A stretch of DNA of 64,000 nucleotides. It comes from Moniliella sp. 'wahieum' (taxonomy: Eukaryota). This document shows, piece after piece, positions 49,735-63,774 of this stretch. Position 1 is the first letter of the stretch. Every line of letters starts with the position of its first letter. Under the pieces are notes generated by a model, which was not told where the DNA came from, searched no databases, and was given only the letters and a program-made list of their open reading frames with translations. A program made the translations under genes and the position numbers. The stretch lies in the NCBI GenBank assembly GCA_003971905.1, contig RSEE01000019.1, positions 62,001-126,000 on the forward strand, given 5' to 3'.

Positions 49735-52700
49735 TCAATCCTCCCCGCCGCCTGAGGGGGACACGGCAGCAGGCGGGGAGAAGGACCAGATGCGGACCGA
49801 TCGATCATCTGACCCCGACACGATCTTATCGTCGCCCAAAGCGACAGCTGTGACGGGGGCAGTGTGACCGACGAGGGTGGACTCGCAAGCGCCCGTATCG
49901 CGGTCCCAGACTTTGACCGTGCGATCGTGGGAGGCCGAGACGATACGTAAGTTGTCCGCGTCCACGGCCCAGACACCTTCGACGTGACCAAAAATGGTGC
50001 GCACACACACGCCCGTCAAGACATCAAACACTTTCAGTGTGTTGTCCAGACTGCCACTGATCAACACGGGGCGTTGTGCCGCACAGCCCGACTCGTCACT
50101 CGTCTCGGTCGGCGGCACCGTCTTGAACTTACTTGCGGTGCCCATGTCCGAATCGGCTTCCTGGTCAAACAGGGCATAATAAAAATCGGGCAATTCTCCG
50201 TCGGGCCGGCAAACCCGGTGCCAAGCCAGCATCTGACAAGATGCGATGCAGACGGTCCAGGTGCTTGGGCAACTTGGACCGTCGACGTGGAGCACGCTGG
50301 GTAGGGGGACGGAGAACATCGTCCTGCTCCTCGTCTTCCCCTTGCCAAGCAAACACTGGCGCATCGTCCCTTCGGAGCGGGTTGAGCGGAACAAACGGAT
50401 CGGCCGTGCCCGTGCCCGTGCCCGTGCTGGCACGTACAGGACTTGGTGTTGCAGGACGTAGTCGCGGTAGACGGGTCGACCGCTCAGCCGGGGGCAAGGC
50501 AGCCTGAGCAAAGAACCGAGGTGGAAGATCGGGTTGGTTGGTATTGGCTTCCCGTCCACCAGGGACATTGGATGGGTTGTACCCACACCGCGTGCCGTCG
50601 TCCAAGTTGGATCGGCGGTCAGTCTCCTCGTCCGACCGAGACCGGCGGCCGCGCGAGCCATCGTCCGCGCTACTCGTGTTCACCTTGGTGCGCGACGTGG
50701 TGGACAAGTGCCGTTGGCCCAGACGCAACAGAGCGTTGGGGTCCATCATGGTAAGCTTGATGCTCTGTACTTGGGTAACGTGTCCTTCGTACGTTAAGAG
50801 GCACTCGCGCGTCCGCAAGTCCCACAACTTGATCGTCGTATCATCCGAAGCAGAGAACAAGAAGGCAGGGCGTTCCGTCCCATCTGCCTCGGGCGACTCG
50901 CTGGAGGGTGTGGGTTTAGGCGGCGTCCAGAGATGCACAGCATTAACCCAATCTTGATGACCGCGAAGGGTAAAGCATTCGCCCGATCGGAAGTTCCACA
51001 CCTTGATCTCCGAATCTGCCGAGCCCGACGCCAACATATCGTCATTAAAGTGCAGGCACACAATGCCCGCCGTGTGACCCTCCAAGGTCCGATACAGTGC
51101 CCCAGTCCGCCAATTCCAAATCTTGAGTGTCCGGTCCATCGAGCCGGTGATTAACTTAAATTCGTCAAACTGAAGACAGCGTACCCCCGCGTGTGGCCGC
51201 GCAACACACGTAGTTCCTTGCCCGTCTCCAAATCCCAGACCCGGGCTGTACGGTCGTAACTGCCCGTGATCAAGACAGAGGAAGGGAAGTGGTTGAGCGT
51301 TTCGCTAAACTTGAGGCACATGATCCCATCGGTGTGGCCCCGAAGCTCCTTGACGCGGTAGCGGCCACGACGCCAGTTACGTTCGATTACCAACCGCTCG
51401 CAGTACACACTCTTCCACGGCCGGGTCAAAACGGGAGCCGGGGCCAGTCCGTCGGGGCCAGGAACTGGGGTGTTGCCACAACCGGGGACAGGACTCCCCT
51501 GGGACACCGACGAGGCCCGAGCCGTACTCGGTGGGAGTAGAGACCCAGTCGTTGTCAAAGCCTGTTGACTTGCTTCATGGCCACTAGCCAAATCTTGTCG
51601 CGCACGCTTGGTAGCCCGACACGATTCTTGCTCAGTCGTGTCGTCCAAGTCGCCGTTCGACGGGCGCGAACGCTTCTCCAATGCCGCCGCATTGGCCTTG
51701 GCTGTAATCGACCGCTTCAAACCACCTGGCGTATCCGGCGAAAGGCTAGACGAGGCGCTTGAACCGTGTGAAGCCCCAGCCAAAGATGTGCCACTTTCGG
51801 TACCTGACGCAAGCGCCGCAGGTGAAGCAACCGGTAGCAAACTGACAGCTGAAACAGGGTCACGCGGGGAGGGGCGGGGGGCGGGGCAGTGGCAGCGGAA
51901 GCAGAAGCAGAAGCGGAAGTGGAAGCGGCAATCGCAGTTGCCGGGGTAGGGGTAGTGGCAGCACTGGTCGGAGGGGTAGCCGAGACAGTCGATGGAGCCA
52001 CATATGGCGGCCTGCGCCGCTTCTTGTCGCTCAACAAGGGCAGACCCCAGCCACATTTTTCACATTTGCGCTCAATGTGCTGTGCACACATTGACCGCCA
52101 CAGCAGATCGTCGTCAGCCAAGTCACGCCAGCGTCGACTGACCTGAGCGGCACGGCCGAGGGTCATGGCGTCCGTATAGCCCAGTACCTTGAGGCTGATT
52201 TCGCGTGGGAACAGGGTGAACGGGTCGACGCGAGTAGCATTGGTCAGCTCGGTGCTGAGGAGCGAAAGTTGCGAGAAACAGCACATGGTCAATATGCCTT
52301 GGAGAATGAGCGCACGGCGTTGGTGGGACGAGGCGCTGAAGATGGACCAAACTGTATTGACCGCCCGCTGGTCGGACAGAGGCAGGGATTCGATCGACTG
52401 AGCAGAACGGGAGGGATGGAGTGAGTGGGCTGTGACGTAACACAACAGTAGGATACGACAAGAAAAAAGACGTACTTTTTGAAGCTTGGCAGTGGTGCCT
52501 TCATCCGCCATGCGCTGGTGGCGTACGCATAGTTTTCGTGAGGCCGGAGGTACCAGCGGGGTGTTGGAGATGACCAAGCCATCAGCAGTGGGAGCCAGGC
52601 CGGGATTCAAGGTGGCAAAGGTCGGCAAAGGCGGGGACGGAGAGGCGGTGGCGATGTGGGTATTGGCTGCATCGACGTCAGTGGTGGCGGTGGAAGGGGC

Positions 52701-53213
52701 AGTGGCATCGGCAGTGGCAGTGGCAGTGGTAGGAGTGGCGGACATTGCGGCGGGATGGCCCGCGTCGCCTAGCAGGCCAGGCGGGAGCAGCGGCTGGGCG
52801 GGGACAGAGGGCGGCATGGCAGGGGCAGCACTGGCGGTGGTGGCAGGGAGTGGGGACAGATACGGGGTGGCGTCGCGTTCGCGCAGCTTGCCCTTGACGT
52901 CGGCATGAAGGGGCGAGCAGTCGTCGACGGCGGGGGGGTGGAGGGGCAGGGGGCCGCCGAGGCGAGGAGGACGCGGGGGCGGGCGGCAGAGAGAGGTGGT
53001 GGGGCGGGAGGAGCAGGCGGGCGGTCCATGCTGGGCAGGGGGCGGTGGTGTGTGGGAGCGGGACGGAATGACACGCCGACGCGTGCTTTGTTGGGAGCGT
53101 GTTGGTGGGGGCGCCTGGGGGGGCGGGAGGCGACGGGGCGGGTGGGGGTGGTGCATGGATGGCGTTGGGTGATGGGTGATGGGTGATGCAGGCCGGTGGC
53201 GAGAAGACGCCAT
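49735..53213 (-). CDS. MET30: F-box/WD40 sulfur regulator Met30/SconB/Scon-2
   Basis: KLCVRHQRMADE, ILQGILTMCCFSQLS, F-box DPFTLFPREISLKVLGY, MCAQHIERKCEKCGWGLPLL, RPWKSVYCERLVIERNWRRG, multiple GH..WD repeats. Confidence 0.95.
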
Positions 53214-54249
53214 TTGCTGGGCGGCCTGCATCTGTGCTGCGCTTCCGAAAGCACCAGAAGCAGATCCATTCCTCCAACAAAGTAGCCGCCGCCACACGTG
53301 CTCCTTGCGGGAGGCGTGTCTTCACGGGCGGCATGTACAGCAAACAATAGCCCCGCTAGGGTTGTCGCCCGTCGCCGTGCTGTTGGTTGATTCATCGTTC
53401 CGCATTCGCACGCCATCTGCTCGCGCTGGCCACGGGTGATGCCGGTGATGAATCATTGAGTTCTGGTGATTCATGCGGACGGGACGACGCGACCAGTAAC
53501 AGTAACTTTGACACCTGGGCCGGAGGCCACAGCCTGACGCCACAGCTTCTCGGATGCGCGCCGAATCATTAATCAACCCATCCTGTCTCCCCCAAGTCGT
53601 CGGCCTCACTTTCACTTGCCACTTCGCCATGCTAGTCGCAGGCCTCGCATCTGACGTGCGCGTGACTACTGACTAGCTTGACTAGCGACTAGCGACTAGC
53701 GACTAGTGACTTTGTGTCTAGTAAACGTCAAATTTCAAACCGAATCCCGAAGCTTCAACGTTCAATGTTCAAGTTCAACGTTCAACTTGAACCCGGCCCG
53801 TCCCGTCTCAGGCCTTTCCACCCAGCAAAATCTCACCACATCCCATCGTTCTGAAGAACCAGCACGGTTGGCAAATGCCTCCTTGTCATGCCAAAAAGGC
53901 CTAACTTAGACCCTCTTATAGAGCACTCGGGTCGTACCGGCCTTACTGGTTCCCGTGTTATAACGCCTTCGTAGTCCACGTCAGCGCAGCTCCCCAACGC
54001 GTGCTGTAGCCTCCACCCCGGCGCGTTCCCACCAGCGCTGCTTTGGGAGCATTGAGGATGATCGATGATCGATGGTCACTCATCAATTGCAATTTGAAAC
54101 ATACTATCTCGGAGCCTTTTTCGCACCCTCTCGGCCCCCCCAACCGCAAACCCTCCGCCCGCTGCACCACCACCACCGCCCCAGCTCTCCTTTGCTTGCT
54201 GCCGCGCCTCCCGGACCCCCATCGACTTGTCTACCCCCCCCCTCTCATC

Positions 54250-54639
54250 ATGTCGGAGGTACGTCGTACGCCCCTCTCTCTGTCCTCTGCGTATCTCCTG
54301 TCCACGTCCACGCGTCCCTTCCAGCCCCGACATCCTCTCTCTGACATGTGACATGTGACACTGGGCCCGGTGGGGTACCGGGTACCGCTTACCGCTTGCG
54401 CTTATCGCTTACGGTTACCTTGGATGCAGCACGAGTACCACTTTGATGTCAAGATGAGCTGCAGTGGCTGCAGCGGTGCGGTCAGTCGCGTGCTGGGCAA
54501 GTTGGATGGCGTTTCGTCGTACGATGTCAACTTGGAAACGCAGAGCGTGGTCGTCAAAGGTACCGTGCCATACGACACTGTCCTTGAGAAGATCAAGAAA
54601 ACAGGCAAGGAGGTGCTCAAGGGTACCGTGGTGGCCTAA
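54250..54639 (+). CDS. ATX1: Copper chaperone Atx1
   Basis: MSE / intron 54259-54429 / HEYHFDVKMSCSGCSGAVSRVL...LEKIKKTGKEV. Confidence 0.95.
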
Positions 54640-55768
54640 TCTGCCTTCTTCTCGCCCGTCGTTCTTTCTCCCTTGCTCTCCTCTCCTCTCTTCTCCTCTC
54701 TCCTTTCGTTTCACCTCTTCCCCCAGAGTTTGTCCGCTGGCCCTTGATGTGATCCGATGTCGTTGGTCCTATCGAAACGCGCAGGGATGCATTCAATATA
54801 CAGTCCTCCTCTCTACACCGCGACACGTCCAGAACATATAGGCGATTTGGCCTTCCTACTACGATGCTTGACGGTGTGCACTGCCAGTCCATCAGGGGTG
54901 CCCCCCGGAGGGGGGAAATCCTACGAGCGGGCCAAACAAGGCAAATGAGGGACGGGACAAGAGAGCAATGTAGGCAAATGAAATGAAGGTGTCGGAAAGG
55001 ACAAGGGGTGAGATCTGAGAACGGGGGTGAAGGGCGAAGCTTGAAGGAGATCCGAATCAGAAGATTACATGCTCTCGTCCATGCCCAATCAGTCCTTTCG
55101 GCTCTCCTCCCGTACGAGCTTAGCGGGACTGGTTCCTCTCCCCTGCCCTTTTCTTCTGAACCCCGCTTCGGGATCGACAAACTGCACCTTGCCGACGGCC
55201 ACCTCTTCCCCCACTTCCCCCCCCGTTGGAGCGGCCCCTTCTCCTCGATCACAGTCAAAACATGTATTGTCACCTCCTTTGCGTTTTGGCCCACCACAGC
55301 CTTGCTCTTATAGTCCTTCCTTTTTCTCCTCCTTCGTGCTTCTGCATCGCGCTTCTTCTTGCCATGTGAACGAGATGTGAATGTGCCAACTTTGTGGAGA
55401 CGCGAAGAAAAGTAAAGTATTCACAGTCCAGATCTGATCGCGCCACACACACACTCCAGCACCAGGCACCCCACGTGTGGCTGGAAACATCGAGCTGGGA
55501 AGAAGATCCGACTGTTTCTCCCTTCCGGATCTTCACGCAGCACGTCCCCCCGTCCCCCCGTCTCCCGTCCCATGCAACATCTCAAAAGTCACCATCCTTG
55601 CACCTCATATCCCAACATCCCAGAGTCTCACGTATCTCTCTATCTCTCACCTCTGACAACCCGCACGAGGTTCCGACGTGGGAGCAAAGGAACCAAAGGA
55701 ACGCGACGGGACGAGATAGATAGATAGATACCTGCGTATGGTACGGCCCGCAGGAGAGAATGGGGGGT

Positions 55769-55842
55769 CTCAAAGCTCAAAGCTCAAAGCTCAAAGCTCA
55801 AAGCTCAAAGCTCAAAGCTCAAAGCTCAAAGCTCAAAGCTCA
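55769..55842. repeat. Perfect heptamer tandem repeat (CTCAAAG) x10.5
   Basis: Counted directly. Confidence 0.97.
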
Positions 55843-58800
55843 TGACTAGGACCACAACCCCCGTACCTCCCCCTCTCACTCGCCACGCCCGCACGCTCAT
55901 CCTCATCCCCCAGCCGGTCGTCCCCCCTACCCCCCTGGGACCTCCCAATGTGCTGCTGGGCTCGCTCCCCCCCCCCCCACCACACACACACAAAGCAGTC
56001 TGTCGCGCCCGGGAGACTTAGCTGCACCCGACCGTGTCCACGCCAACAGTGCCCACTGAGGGGTGCTGCCCCTGAGTGCCTGCAGGGGAGACGGAAGACC
56101 CGAGCGGGGGCTGGGACGACGGAGCTTGGTGGCGCAACAAGAGAGCGGCTGCGCGGAGGGTGGAGAGTGCAGCTTGTGGGGAAGAAGCATGAGCATGAGC
56201 TTGAGAGGAGGTAGGTGCCGGACCACGTTCGTCCCGGTACGCCTCGACGGCCGCGACGACAGCTTCGATGCTAGCCACGGCGGCTCGGGCGGCAAAGATG
56301 TGTAGCTGGTAGGAGCGAGCGAGACGTAATGCTGCAGATAAGTTTTTCAGGGCCACTTTGGCTGTCTTGTCGCGCAACGTGTACCGTGCATCGAGCTGTT
56401 GCAGTAGACCTAGTAGCCGGGACACGAGCAGGCCCAGTTGGGCCGGTAGCGCGGACCGTTTCACCCGCACGACCAAATTCGGCCGCCACCCGGATCACTT
56501 GTTCTTCCACCGCCGCGCCCGAGAGCTGGGTTTGGTCCACCATGCTCAGCGACCGAGTTCGTACCGATACCCAGTCCCGTACACTGGATGCGCCCAAGGC
56601 AGCCACCGATAACGGCCATGCACGGGAGGAAGGAGCCAAGCCTTCAGCATACTCTGCCATGGGCGAACTGGGTTCCGACACGGTCCTTCGCACCAGCGCC
56701 CCCGCCGGCTCTGGGTCCTCCAAGACGGGGGCAGGCGTAGGGACTTCGGGAGGGGGCGGGGCTGACGCACCACGATTGCCTTGGGATAACGAGGTGGACA
56801 AGACTTGCACTGCACTGGAAGCCAATCGGATCGCCATGTCCCACTGGGAGCGACTCAAATCTTGCTGGGCCGGGGAAGGGGCTTGATCAGGAGCAGAGGT
56901 AGGAACGTCACAGTCCTCTTGCGAGTCGGGGGGAGGCACACTTGCAGTCGGATCGACCGACGGAACGGGAGGAGGAGGTGCACCGGAACCCTTCAGTGTT
57001 GTAGGGATCGCCCACGATACGGCTCGCGCTGTCAAATGGACCGCCCCAGCTGACAAGGCCAAGCCAGCGTCAACGGCGCCCCAGGTCACCGAGCTAACCA
57101 CGCGACGGCGCCAGCTAGGCGGAGAAGGGGAGGGGGGTACCAAGGGCGTAGTACAGCCGTCGGTGGGAAAGTCCTCAATGCGATTGGTGGGAGGAACGAA
57201 CCCACTTGGCCCCATGGAGACTGGAGGGGAGGTGAAGGTTGAGTACATGCCCGGGGCGGCGGTGTGAGTATGGATGTGGTGCACCACATGGGGCATCCCC
57301 TGACCAGCTGACAAGGAAGACGAGACCACATCCGTGGAAGGCGGAGCGATAGAGGCCAAGGCGGTTTGGAGGTCGGTGCGTAAGGCAGCCAATTCGGCCT
57401 GCATGGCTGCCGCCTCGGCTGAGGAAGAAGACGGCCCATCTGGGGTGGTTGCGGGGGTAGAGCCAGAGGCTGCCACGCTCGGTCCGACTGAAGCCGATGG
57501 TTCGAGCTTGTTGAGCGCCTCGAGCAACGTGGCCTTCATCTCGGCACGATGCTTGTCGCTTACCTCCATCGCCTCCTTGGGAGGCAAGGCGGAAAGAAGG
57601 TAGCCGATACTCGAAATGTAAAGATCTAGGCTAAGCTCCGCATCTTGTCTCCGCTCCGCCTCCTCTTCCCGAGCTGCAAGTTCCTCCTCGGATGGGACGG
57701 TGGGTCCATACGCATAGTTACGCAACAGCATTGCTGCCCCCGCCGCACTGCTCCGAGGCAGGCTCAAAAACCGACCGATCCGAGAACGCACATGTGCCGC
57801 TGCGCCCGTTCCGGCCGAAACATCCGACTCCAATGACGAGCCCAAAGGAGGGGAGGATCATCATCAAAAATGGTAGTGGGTCCACCATCAGGCACGTCAG
57901 GAAATATGAAGCCTAGCCCATCATCCGGTAGATAGCCTGGCATGGACTGCGACGAAGGAAATGGCTCGTTCCAGCCAGAGCCCATGGAGTTGGCGGTGGT
58001 GGATTTAGCCTGCCTTGATCCTGCGCGGGCACGGGCGCGATTGAGCCTTCGTGCCTCATTCTCCTCTGTTGCCTGGACCGCATCCACAGCCAAGCTCACT
58101 GCTTGGTCTAGCCGACGTAAATCCAGGGTAGGTGCAGGCTCTTGGTGGGGTGGTGAGGTGATAGAGCCCCTTGCGCGAATCATTTGCGCACTCGCCGGGC
58201 GAAGGGGCAATGCAGCAGCTTGAGACGGGGGCGGACTGTAGAGATGAGTGTCATGCACCCCAAATTGGGAGCGCTGGTTGCCCCCTGTGAAGCTAGTGAA
58301 GGGTTGCTGGGATGTGCGTGAAGAGGAGCGATGAGTATAGCGATACAATCTGCGATTGTGCATTGCCGCCGACCAATTTGCCTGGGAATCTGGAATCTGG
58401 CCCATAGCAGAGCGGGAGCGGCGCAAGGCAGGTATCTCATCTGGGATCAGGCAAAACCAGCGTCAGTGCATGCTGCGGCAAGGAATAGAGCAAAAAAACA
58501 CAGAAGTGGAAATGTACCTTCACTCTCTTGATCAGTGGCTCCTTCTGCCGGGGAACTACTCGTACTCAAAGCGGGCGAGGTACGACGGCTCAAAGAAGGA
58601 AGACCGGGAATGCGGAGACCCCCCGTGGGTGTCATTCGGCCAGCCGACGAGGCAGCGGCCTGGAGCTGGGGAGGGATCCAGCTAGCTGCATAAGAGCGGA
58701 TGCTTCCTGAGAGGGTGCGGGCGTGGGTGCGAACCACACTGCCATCTGGCATAATTCGGGAGGACGAGGAAGCAGCCTCCGTCTCGTGGGACACATATGA

Positions 58801-59341
58801 CTGGGTGTCCATGACTGTTCCAGGCCCCCTACCCCATCGATGGAAGAGCGGACGGGGTGCGTCTGATCGTCTTCCAGGTCGTAACGGCGTGGGGTTGACA
58901 GGGACTGGGTCTTACTGTGCCCAGAGCCAGCTGGGCGCGATGTATGCTTCGCAGCGGGCGCGGCGGAGGGGAACGGCTTGACAGAGCCAGTGGGTGTGGA
59001 CTGGCATGAGCCCCCGATCTACGAGCAGCACGAGCAGCACTGTGCCGGCCGGGTAGGGCAGCGGTGGAAGAGGGTCGAGGGGGGATGCGTGTGCCGCTGG
59101 AGCGATCGGTGGCGACCCCATCGCCTCGGCCCGAATAGGTGTCGGAGGAGTAGAGGGACTTGGCCAGAGGCAGCATCGCAGGCGCCTCCTTGGTGCCAGC
59201 CTTAGGGAAAGGAGTGGGCCCAGGCGCCGGTCTAGATGCAGGCGCCTGGGACGCAGTGGGCCTGGACTGCCCGAAGCGGGAGCTTGTGGAGCGCGAGGCT
59301 GCGGAGGCGGGCGCGCCGGGAGTGGAGTGGCGGCTGCTCAT
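55833..59341 (-). CDS. Large hypothetical protein, mostly disordered, with helical patches
   Basis: Chain of long minus-strand ORFs (524 aa at 56271-57845, and others); helical segments LSLDLYISSIGYLLSALP and LLQQLDARYTLRDK...AVVAAVEAYR. Confidence 0.65.
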
Positions 59342-61592
59342 GGGGGCGGATGTGGAGAGAATGGGCAGGAGAGGCAGCAGGCGGAGGGCGCCGGCCCGAG
59401 CGAAGGGCACGTAGAGCCGGCGGGGTGGGCGCCAGGAGGGCAGCAGGTGCCTACGGGAGGGGCTGGGGGAAGGCCGCGGAGGAGGGAGGGCGGGGAGAAG
59501 AGGAGGTGGTGGTGGTGGCGGGGAGGAGGCTGCCAGAGGCGTCGCGTCCGATATGGCCTGCGGCATGCGTGCAGGCGTGCATGCGAGCCACCCTGGCTGA
59601 CCAGTGTGAAAGCGTGGGCGGCATGGCGCCAGTGGGGGCTGCACGTGCGGCCGGCGCCCTGGGGAGGCAGAGTGGAGTGGTGCTGGCGCCGTCGATTAAT
59701 TAGCGTGCAGCTTCAGCCTGCAATGTTTAAACTACAGTGCTGCTGAAAGGGTAGATGAGCACCCGCACACGGCCACTGTCACCCCGTGCGCTGCCCCCGG
59801 CCACTGGTGTACTGCGGGGGGTATCGATCTAACGACCAACCCCACCCGGGGCGTCACTCCTCCGAGTGTTGAATCGAATACTGAATCCCCTCAGGCAACG
59901 CATCGACTACGTGGCCACGGAGCACACCCAAGGGGCCTCATCATGCATCACTTCTCTTGGGGCTTCCCGCTTCATCGATCATCATCTTCATCATCTTCAT
60001 CTTCATCATTTTCTCATCTTCATCACCTTCATCACCCTCATCATCTTCATCTTCATCTTCGTCTCATCTATGAGAGGCCTGAGCTCAGTAGGGCTGTGTG
60101 TGGACACCATGCCAGCTTCAGCGCATCGCCGTCTCCAGTATACCCGCAGCCCTCTTGAGATGGGTCTTCTTTTTTTGTCCCCGCGGCCCCGCCCTCCACC
60201 ACCTGCTGAAAAAAAAACCGGCTGTGGATTTGCCACTCAAACTGAAATCTGAGAGCACTCTCGGTAGCCATATGCACCTACCCCACGTACCCACTACCAC
60301 TCGTTCTTCTGGCACACTGCTTAACGCCCACGTACGAATGTATATGTTGAGCCATCAGGTGGCTCGTGCTTTGGCCAATGTCCCTTCAGTTCCTCCTCAG
60401 GCCTAGGAGAGTTCCGTTGTTTTTCTCTCCTGTTTTTCCTTGTTCCGCAGCTTAGCCCCTGGTGGCGACTCGCTGCTTGGTGTTCCTCTGTAGGCGTTGC
60501 TGGTTGGCTTAGACCACCACCACCACTAGGGCGATTGCATCACCCTCGAGGACCATCTGGACTCTCCAGGTCGCATCACGAATGCATACTCTCACATTCA
60601 GAGTACTCAGTATACTCGTACTCAGTGTACTCATACAGTAGTAGTACTGATCTGAGTGGTGAGACTCACCTACGCACACACGCATGCGAGGACTCGACGT
60701 TGGCCATCGTATATTTCACCCGATTACACCCCCAATTGGCGTCACTACCCCTAGCGCTCGCACGGCACGAGCCGGAGCAGCGCAAGTCATTAACTACACT
60801 ACACTAATGTTAATGACCCACCCACTGATGTTTTTATGTAGGCCGGGACGTCTCGGGAGGAAACGAGTGGGGGGGTCACTCGGATCACACGTTGAACATG
60901 ATACTAGTAAAAAGAAGTATACGTGCCGAGAGCAAGAACGAGGTAAAAAAGGTGTTGGCTGGTTGGCAGGGCGTGTAGGCGTGGAGACTCATGTTTAACG
61001 TTTTAACGTTTACCGCAACTGCGTGAAGCGCGGTGCGATCGGCGGAATGCGGCGTTGGGAGGTCCGTATATACCCGCCGGAGAGCCTTTGGCCACAACCC
61101 TGCCACAACCCCCTGCCTGGATACGCCACACACTTGATGAATGCCACGTGACGGAAGCCCTCTGTCACATGTCACATGTCATCGTAGTAGAGCGAAAAGC
61201 GAGAGGCTAATCTTATCTAGCCGCCTCGTTCCGCCCTTGAAGCTTGAGGTCTGAGATCTGAGAGCTTGAGGCTGCTCCGAAGATTGAAAGATTTGTTTTT
61301 CCTGCTGTCTGCTGCTACCCCTGGCTGCATGCGGCTGCTGTTCCGGGCTTGGCGCTTATCGATTATCGGACACAGCTGGTGCCACCTCGCGCCGACGGCT
61401 GCCTCCACAAGCGCCGCTCATCTCCGACGCCCCTTCTCATCCCCTCCCCCCGCACTCTCATTCCCATCCCATCCACCACCACCAGGCCCTGCCATCGCCA
61501 CCCCCACCACCTCTCCCGTTTTCATCCGCATCGCCATCTCCTCGCCTCGCCTTTGCTTTCCGCCGCCCGCTCTCCTCCCCCATTCAATCCTC

Positions 61593-62350
<758 letters not shown>

Positions 62351-62888
62351 TCACGTTGGTAGGATATGTGCCGAGGCAGCATAAATGCAATACATCACAT
62401 CAATGCCCATAAGATGTTTATCGATGGAAAGGAACAAATTTCTTCGTCTGGAAGCTGAAGGCAATGCAGGCACAAGTCCACTGAGCTTGGCGTGCCCGTT
62501 TCAGTCTTTATCCGCACACTAGAATCAGGGCATTACATTGGCACACAGGCCTGCCCGGGCCGAGACCAAATCCAGTTGAATTGGAAAAAGCTGACGCAGA
62601 GCATTGGTGGCCTTTTCGTGTACGTCAAGATCAGGACGCGTTAGCTCACAATTCCGTCAGAGGCGGTTGCCATGTATCTAATCATATTCACCCAAATCCG
62701 CACATTTGCGACGTGAGGATCCGCCTTGGGATCAAAACATGAGTCTCACAGTCGGTCCTTGACACCTACGGTACAGACGCGCGCTTCCGGAATTGGATTG
62801 GTTCTTCAACGCATTTTTTCCCACCACGTGCAGTGGAGTAAAGTAACACCATTTGAGTTGAGCAGGATTGTGGTTTGGGGCTGGAAGG

Positions 62889-63774
62889 TCAGCCGATCAG
62901 GGGGAGCGTGCGCAGACGTTCCGAGAATTGCACCATGTCCCAAGGCAAGAATTCAGAGATGGTCAAGCCAACCAGATCATTGGTCAGCCACTGCATTGAG
63001 CAGTTCCGACACAGCTCAAACCGGAGAACACCACGAGCCACACTTGGGTGTGCGGGAACGTAGGGGTTGGCATACCAAAGGTGGGGGAAGAAGACGGGGT
63101 CCAAGCAGTCCAGATCAAAGTGGACCACCACTTTTTCTTCCGGCCTTGGCCAGCCAAGTGAGAACGGGTTGGATCGAGACGGCTAGTTCGGCGGGTCGCA
63201 CGACCCGAGGCCCTTTTCGGAAAGATAGTGTGTTTCGTACGCAGTCATAGGATCGTTCAGCCCGACGTACAGAACGTCCTGGGGCTTGTACGGGTTCTTC
63301 ACCTTGGTCTCGGGCGTGGTGCTACCCTCTCCCAGGAGGTAGCGCATGACATGAGCATGAGCATGATCATACACCTCTGGCGAAAGGATGTCCGGGTGGT
63401 GTCAACCCAGAGAATTGCTACGTCATCCGGGTACCGTTCTTGCAAATACGAAAACGGAACGAGGCTCACGAAGCAATCCCCGCCCAACGTGACAATCGCT
63501 TCGGGCTCGTGCCGGCGGATTGCACCCCAAGCGCTCTCGACAGACTGCGCAAGAGCAGAGAAACTCTTAAGCCCGTGCGCCGTCTCAGATGCCTCCGGTC
63601 AGCACCAGGTTCGACGCCCTCGGGCGGTGCGGGGACATAGACTTGCTCAACCGGCCCCTTGGCACGGGGAGCGACAGCATCCAGCACTCGGCCGCCAATA
63701 TGATATGCGGGCATCTGGCCTCCCTGCCATAGAGGGAAGTTGAGACGAAGGGTCTTGCTGGGGTTTACAGGCAT
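62889..63774 (-). CDS. Arginase/ureohydrolase-family protein, bacterial-type, apparently intronless
   Basis: KTLRLNFPLWQGG, GGDCFVSLVPFSYL, ILWVDT(H)PD (1-nt deletion), HAHVMRYLLGEG, HFDLDCLDP, LVGLTISEFLPWD. Confidence 0.85.

Noticed and set aside
59977..60060. CAT/CATCTT microsatellite giving His-rich ORFs (similar GATGGA tract at ~39445-39500; GAAAACA at ~49187-49228; 10-mer at ~47778-47836)
   Set aside because: Ordinary simple repeats with no evidence of coding function.
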